Below are positions 7,171 through 11,898 of a stretch of 11,898 nucleotides of DNA, piece by piece. Location of the stretch: NCBI GenBank assembly GCA_016839445.1, contig JAEOUG010000056.1, forward strand, positions 1-11,898. Direction: 5' to 3'. Source of the DNA: Candidatus Thorarchaeota archaeon. GTDB taxonomy: Archaea > Asgardarchaeota > Thorarchaeia > Thorarchaeales > Thorarchaeaceae. The notes beneath the pieces are model-generated. The model made no database searches, was not told where the DNA came from, and was given only the letters and a program-made list of their open reading frames with translations. The position numbers were made by a program, and so were the translations under genes. Each line of letters starts with the position of its first letter. The stretch's first letter is position 1.

Positions 7171-8157
7171 CTACCTGACGCCTGATAGAACCCGCGAAAC
7201 AACTCTCTTGGCAACCTGTTCGGCAGGGCCCTCCACGACAAGCGAGATTGAATATCCTATGTCCTTCTTCTCGCCTTGAAGCTGCGTACTCAGCTCGTCA
7301 AGAATCCTGCTCATCCTGGCGGAGTAGTCGAACTCTGGCTCTTGATCGTTCCGAGCAATCGAGATGTTGAAGTCCGCCTCCTCAAAGAGAACTGCATGCT
7401 TGAGTGCTCGAAGTGCACTCAGGACTGCCGGCAGGCGATTCTCTTCTGAGTTTCTCTGCGTGGTTCGGAGCCTTAATCGAACATCATATCGAGTGCCCCG
7501 CAGACCGCCATGGTGCTTCACGTCGCTGGGTGCAACGAACTGCGTCACCATGTCGAACGGGAAGACCAATGTCAAGGGCTTCATATTCTTCGGACCGATC
7601 CACCACTGCTGCTCGAGGCCTTGGTCTGCCTTCGCGCTATAGAGCGTGTCAGTGACAAGTGCTCTTTCGCACAGCATGAATCGGCTCTTCTGCGACCTCA
7701 TGGAGATCTCCCCGTCTAGAGAGACTGCCCACGAACCAGAGAAGCTCTCTAGGACCTCACCTGCATCTACTTCCTCCATTGCCTCTGCAGTCAGAATCTC
7801 GAGAACATCCTCTCTGTATGCCGTTTCAGCTCCGAGGACGAGATGGCGGATGGCGCCCTCTACAAAGTCAAATCGTCGAATCCACTCGGATTTCATGGCT
7901 GTCTTGAACTCGCTCGCCGGGACCCCTTGGAGAAGCTGGTCTACCGTGAAGTCTGGGAACGCATGCTTCACAAGGTAGTCAAGAGCCTCCTGCCAGAGCC
8001 GAAGGACTCTGAGATACGAGTCAATGTCAAGCTCGGCGTCCACCCTCACCGTTGCATCTTCGTACGCCGACAGCATGTACTTGGAGCAGGGGATTGTCTC
8101 ATCTAGGAATCCCCTTGTGACTCTCTCGAACTCCTCAATCGCAGACATTGAATCCAC
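7171..8157 (-). CDS. Hypothetical cytoplasmic protein (328 aa)
   Basis: Long ORF filling the gap between the two SBP genes on the same strand. SD-like AGGTGA lies upstream of GTG 8157/ATG 8148. No signal peptide, TM helix or confidently recognised motif. Confidence 0.75.
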   Translation of the reverse strand: MDSMSAIEEFERVTRGFLDETIPCSKYMLSAYEDATVRVDAELDIDSYLRVLRLWQEALDYLVKHAFPDFTVDQLLQGVPASEFKTAMKSEWIRRFDFVEGAIRHLVLGAETAYREDVLEILTAEAMEEVDAGEVLESFSGSWAVSLDGEISMRSQKSRFMLCERALVTDTLYSAKADQGLEQQWWIGPKNMKPLTLVFPFDMVTQFVAPSDVKHHGGLRGTRYDVRLRLRTTQRNSEENRLPAVLSALRALKHAVLFEEADFNISIARNDQEPEFDYSARMSRILDELSTQLQGEKKDIGYSISLVVEGPAEQVAKRVVSRVLSGVR

Positions 8158-8203
8158 CCTTCACCTGCCACCGAGATTCGTCTGAAGGCTTTTCAGGTCT
8201 CTC

Positions 8204-8210
8204 AAAAAGC
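8204..8210 (-). terminator. Possible oligo-T terminator after the SBP gene
   Basis: Minus strand reads GCTTTTT a few nt after the stop at 8218. Short T-tracts act as archaeal terminators, but this is a weak signal. Confidence 0.2.
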
Positions 8211-8217
8211 GTGACGA

Positions 8218-10380
8218 CTAGCTCCAGAATATCTCCTTGAACCAGTCGTGTTCCTCCTCTTGGATTTTCGCAAAGCTACCCTGCTTCCATCTTCGGTAGT
8301 CCCTGACGCTAAGTATCACTACGCCGACTATTACCTGGGCCGAGATGAGGGAAACCGCGAGGTAGAACACGGTCGACTTGAATAGAGTTGACAAGAGTGA
8401 ACCCGTTGGTCTGACCATCACTACAACCTGTGAGGACTCTTGGTGACCGTCCAGGTAGGTGACCTCGAGGGTTAGGGTGTGATTACCAGGTGGAAGGCCG
8501 CTCACATCTACGGACAGTGATCCTCCGGTCCAAGTGCCCTCCGAGATTACTCTGTCACCCTCCCGTAGTGTGTAGGTTCCGGCCATTGAGTGCTCTTGCG
8601 ATGCGATCCAGACGACTTCGTGACCTGAGGTCCCCGCATCAAACTCAAGGTGAGGGGTCATTAGGCCCGACTCTGAGCCTGGGGAGACCCGGGGATAGTA
8701 GTGGTATAGGGGATTTCTCGCTATTCTGTAGAACGCACCTGCTTCGTAGTCGTCAAACACATAGGGCCCACAGGTGACAAGCGGCTCATCGCTGTCGAAC
8801 ACTGGATTCCAGAGATTCCAACCCTGATAGCCGATGCCATCTACGTCGTTGAAGATGTGCTTCGGTACTATCTTTGTGAAGGCGAAGCTGTTGAAGTGCC
8901 AGTACGACTCTGTGTTGAAGTCAAGTCTAACCTTGTACGTGTCTAGTGCCACAGCCGATTCGAGATTCGTGAGTCGATATCCTGCAGGGTTGCCCAGACT
9001 CATTGTTTCAAGCAGATAGGTGAACGTGAAGGCCACATCCTCCGCTGTCAAGGGAATCCCATCACTCCAAGTGGCGTTCCGTACGATGTCCAGAGTATAC
9101 ATCACGTGCCCTTCAAGCACGCCGGGGTCGTCCTCGTGTGTTTCGACCTCGAAGCCTCTCGCTAGGTCCATGACAGGATGCTGGTTGGGATCCATTGCGA
9201 AGAGTGACGAATAGAGGTTGTCAAGGATGCTCCAGGATTGAGCCTTATCCGCCACGAAGAGGTTGAAGGAATCGGGTTCCTGGGCAATGGCGACAGGTAT
9301 CAGTCCGCCCTCGGTCCCGTCTATCCTGTGTATCTTTCTCATTGTCCAGGGGCCCGTGATGGCGCGGGTGAGATCGGGAACATGTCCCTCGTATATGTCA
9401 TTCCTGTATCCCTGCATGTAGATGTTCTCGTAGACAACAAGCCTAGGGACGTTCTCATGGAGAATGCGCTGCATCTGGGCGGCCGCGTCATACACCTCGT
9501 CGTAGGTTGTGCCAGTCAGGAGTTCCTCGCGCAGTGCATCGTACGACTCGTTGTGGAAATTCATAGGGTATTGGTAGTCGTCAAACAGGTCAAACTCATA
9601 GGCAAGCCATTGGACATCGGTCGTGTCGAAGTTCTTGGCATAGAATACCATGTCATAGTCCCTGGGCCCTCTGATGTACTCCTGGAAGTCACTTGCTTGC
9701 CTTCGGGCGTCAATGTGTAGGGAGTGTAGCGCGTCTACGGCTATTTGCGCCACGCCGCCTGCAATCTCAGGGGAAGAAGACGCGTAGTCAATTGCTATCT
9801 CGAACGGCGTTCCATCGGGGGCGTTCCTCCAACCAGTCTCAGGGTCTACTTCGAAGCCCAAGTTGTCGAGTATGCGGTTGCCTATCCCGGGCTGGGCTGT
9901 GTAGTAGTGGTAAGGAAGGTCTTCTTCCGCACACCAACCGCTCACGAAGGGAACGAGGGAGTCATGCTCCCTTGAGAATCCGTCCATGATCTCGGCAGTC
10001 ACTCGTGTCTTATCGAAGGCAAACGCGAAGGCTCTTCTGAGACCACTGATGTTTAGCGGATATTCCCGGCAGTTGATAGAGATGTGTCCGTAACCATTTC
10101 GCAGGGAGCTGAAAACGTCGATATCGGGGTCACAACAACCTAGATCCAGCATGTTGACCATGTCTAAGAAGGAAGTGTCCATCTCAATCTCACCTGTCTG
10201 GAGCGCAAGTATCCTCTGGTCTTGGCTAGGAATCAGCCGATACTCGATGCTGTCCACATAAGGCCCGACGTTCAGCAGGTCTGGTACAGGGTATGGTTCG
10301 TCTGCACCTACGGCACCCGTTAGTGCTACTCCCACGATCAGGACGAACGTGAGGCAGGCAAAGCTCATCCTGTGGTTCAC
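8218..10380 (-). CDS. Second family-5 solute-binding protein paralogue (circularly permuted) with Ig-like domain, TM anchor and cytoplasmic tail (about 720 aa)
   Basis: Motifs GPYVDSIEY, LALQTGEI, LRRAFAFAFDK, QEPDSFN, LYSSLF, WSDGIPLTAEDVAFTF, VTCGPY, RNPLYHY and an Ig-like GTWTGGSLSVDVSGLPPGNHTLTLEV. The start was moved from 10452 to GTG 10380, which has GAGGAG 6 nt upstream and puts the signal peptide (HRMSFACLTFVLIVGVAL) at the N-terminus. Confidence 0.9.
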   Translation of the reverse strand: MNHRMSFACLTFVLIVGVALTGAVGADEPYPVPDLLNVGPYVDSIEYRLIPSQDQRILALQTGEIEMDTSFLDMVNMLDLGCCDPDIDVFSSLRNGYGHISINCREYPLNISGLRRAFAFAFDKTRVTAEIMDGFSREHDSLVPFVSGWCAEEDLPYHYYTAQPGIGNRILDNLGFEVDPETGWRNAPDGTPFEIAIDYASSSPEIAGGVAQIAVDALHSLHIDARRQASDFQEYIRGPRDYDMVFYAKNFDTTDVQWLAYEFDLFDDYQYPMNFHNESYDALREELLTGTTYDEVYDAAAQMQRILHENVPRLVVYENIYMQGYRNDIYEGHVPDLTRAITGPWTMRKIHRIDGTEGGLIPVAIAQEPDSFNLFVADKAQSWSILDNLYSSLFAMDPNQHPVMDLARGFEVETHEDDPGVLEGHVMYTLDIVRNATWSDGIPLTAEDVAFTFTYLLETMSLGNPAGYRLTNLESAVALDTYKVRLDFNTESYWHFNSFAFTKIVPKHIFNDVDGIGYQGWNLWNPVFDSDEPLVTCGPYVFDDYEAGAFYRIARNPLYHYYPRVSPGSESGLMTPHLEFDAGTSGHEVVWIASQEHSMAGTYTLREGDRVISEGTWTGGSLSVDVSGLPPGNHTLTLEVTYLDGHQESSQVVVMVRPTGSLLSTLFKSTVFYLAVSLISAQVIVGVVILSVRDYRRWKQGSFAKIQEEEHDWFKEIFWS

Positions 10381-10504
10381 TACTATCTCCTCAAACCAGA
10401 CAAGCAGATGTCGCAGTGAACTATCTTCTTTCTGGTGTTTGCTGAAACACATACTTCATGAAGACCGCTCCAATGGGTCTTGGCCAGCGGCTGATGCAAG
10501 AGCC

Positions 10505-10783
10505 CTAGCGCTCTTGAAGGTTTGCTTTCAGAATCCAGCACGGCCGATCGAGAAACATGGCTGAAACAAGCACCCCACGTTCTTCCATGTCGCCGAGATG
10601 ACTCAGAAACTCTGGTTTCGTCATCACCAGACCGTTGGTCACCATCTGGAACTTGACATAGAGTGTTTCTTCGAATTCCAGTACAGAGTGGCCAAAGGAT
10701 AGAATAATGGCCTCTTCCACTTCGGGAGGAACTGCGCTGATGCGATCTTCTGGTGTTCGGGTTTCTATTATGCGTGCGTTCAT
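10505..10783 (-). CDS. Small hypothetical protein, probable winged-helix fold (92 aa)
   Basis: Helix-helix-helix followed by EFLSHLGDMEERGVLVS...CWIL, typical of a wHTH recognition helix plus wing. GGTGA SD-like element and a TATA-like box upstream. Confidence 0.65.
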   Translation of the reverse strand: MNARIIETRTPEDRISAVPPEVEEAIILSFGHSVLEFEETLYVKFQMVTNGLVMTKPEFLSHLGDMEERGVLVSAMFLDRPCWILKANLQER

Positions 10784-10812
10784 TCAATCACCGAACAGCC
10801 CTTTTCCTGTCA

Positions 10813-10820
10813 TAATATAA
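10813..10820 (-). promoter_or_regulatory. Putative TATA box for the 92-aa gene
   Basis: TTATATTA on the minus strand, 30-37 nt upstream of ATG 10783. Confidence 0.5.
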
Positions 10821-10950
10821 CCATCCTGAGGCAGAATCCCAAAGGTGGCGGCGATTAAGTCTTCAAAGCGTCGGAAGTTCTGATAGAAGGTTTTTCATCC
10901 TTCATAATACTTGAAGCGGGCCTATCTGCTCTGAAATAGAGCGTGCAATC

Positions 10951-11898
10951 CTATAGCTTGGGAACAACATGGTCTTTCAGCATCTTGATGGTGTCTAGGC
11001 CGTTCTTCAGAAGGTTCCCAACCATTGGTAGTCCCAATACCATGACGTCCACTTCGTCCTTGTACTGAGCGACTTTCTCAACCGCTTCGTGAATGGTGCC
11101 TGATACATAGTCCCTGAGCATGACTTCTAGTACCTTCGGCTTCACCGCGTCAGTTATCTCTTCAAACAACCAGTGCTGCCTCAGTAGGTCCTGCTTCCTC
11201 TCCTCGAAGTCATCCACATCCATCCCGATCACTGATGTGCAGAGATACATCGACCACTTCAGTTCACCGTAGTCACGTCCAACCGCTTTGCAGGCTTGCT
11301 CTACTCGCTTCTTCTTCTCAACGAACTCCTCAGGTGTCTTGGAATCGTAGTTCAATCCATCAGCATAGCGCGCTATGGTCTCTTCCATCATAGGAGTCTT
11401 CAACTTCTGGTTTCCAACCCAGATTGGAATACGGGGCTTCTGAACCGGTTTGGGCAGGAACATGACGTCCTTGATGCTATGGTACTCCCCTTCGAAGCTC
11501 GGCCTCTCCTCTGTCCAGAGAAGGTTTATGATCTGTATGGCCTCTCTCAATTGACGAACCCTTGTCATTGATGAGGGGTAAGGGTATCCATAGGCCCGGT
11601 ATTCTGACTCTTTCCATCCTGCCCCAATGCCGAAGTCAATCCTCCCCTTCGATGCATTGTCAAGGTTTGCTGCGATCTTGGCAAGTTGTGCGGGGTTTCT
11701 GTATGAATGGCACGTGACCAATGTTCCCAATCTGATGCGCTCTGTCTGAGGCGTTAGTAGCGCAAGGAGTGTCCACGCATCATGCGCATGCTTCTCTACG
11801 CTCTCAGGATTGCCAAAGAAGTGGTCTGAGACCGTGAAGCTGTAGAAGCCTGCATCTTCAGCAGCCTTCGCAAGGGTTACAATCTCCTCATACCTGTA
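10951..11898 (-). CDS. LLM-class (luciferase-like) oxidoreductase, probably F420-dependent; 5'-truncated by the window edge
   Basis: The frame stays open beyond the track's 11730 to the window end: YRYEEIVTLAKAAEDAGFYSFTVSDHF...DAWTLL...TERIRLGTLVTCHSYRNPAQLAK...GRIDFGIGAGW...EY.AYG...PKPVQKPRIPIWVG. These are characteristic LLM/F420 motifs. Confidence 0.92.
   Translation of the reverse strand, partial: YRYEEIVTLAKAAEDAGFYSFTVSDHFFGNPESVEKHAHDAWTLLALLTPQTERIRLGTLVTCHSYRNPAQLAKIAANLDNASKGRIDFGIGAGWKESEYRAYGYPYPSSMTRVRQLREAIQIINLLWTEERPSFEGEYHSIKDVMFLPKPVQKPRIPIWVGNQKLKTPMMEETIARYADGLNYDSKTPEEFVEKKKRVEQACKAVGRDYGELKWSMYLCTSVIGMDVDDFEERKQDLLRQHWLFEEITDAVKPKVLEVMLRDYVSGTIHEAVEKVAQYKDEVDVMVLGLPMVGNLLKNGLDTIKMLKDHVVPKL

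Noticed and set aside
6388-10140. Cys-Cys motifs in both SBPs (LCECCGH; LGCCDPD) as a shared metal site
   Set aside because: They occur at non-equivalent positions in the two paralogues, so conservation is not supported.
10381-10452. Track start of the 744-aa SBP at 10452
   Set aside because: GTG 10380 has a well-spaced SD and places the signal peptide at the N-terminus.
1651-11571. Other short antisense or alternate-frame ORFs (e.g. 1651-1983, 3509-3922, 9238-9720, 10383-10787, 11296-11571)
   Set aside because: They overlap better-supported genes and lack protein-family features.
11894-11898. Window starts and ends with CTGTA (possible circularity or target-site duplication)
   Set aside because: Only 5 nt, both ends fall inside unrelated genes, and no mobile-element genes are present.
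1-11898. CRISPR arrays, tRNA/rRNA, IS elements, recent DNA-level duplication of the SBP genes
   Set aside because: Intergenic gaps are all under about 170 nt with no repeats or cloverleaf seen. The SBP paralogues match only in short patches, indicating an old duplication.

Overview
Gene-dense archaeal window with no RNA gene, CRISPR array or mobile element seen. Gene content points to an Asgard archaeon, most likely Thorarchaeia (inference). The centrepiece is a three-gene plus-strand cluster (~1693-3889) of eukaryotic-signature type: a longin + tandem winged-helix protein resembling the GATOR1 subunit NPRL2, a 116-aa protein sharing a motif with that protein's C-terminal domain, and a Rab-like small GTPase with a non-canonical G3 (DLGSQ). 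All other genes are on the minus strand. They encode a secreted parallel beta-helix (NosD/CASH-type) protein running off the left edge that the ORF track missed, a membrane-anchored BPL_N/GATase1-like protein lacking the catalytic Cys, two paralogous and apparently circularly permuted family-5 solute-binding proteins with Ig-like stalk and C-terminal anchor but no permease/ATPase genes in the window, two hypothetical proteins, and an LLM-class, probably F420-dependent, oxidoreductase truncated at the right edge. All family calls come from motif recognition by eye; no searches were run.
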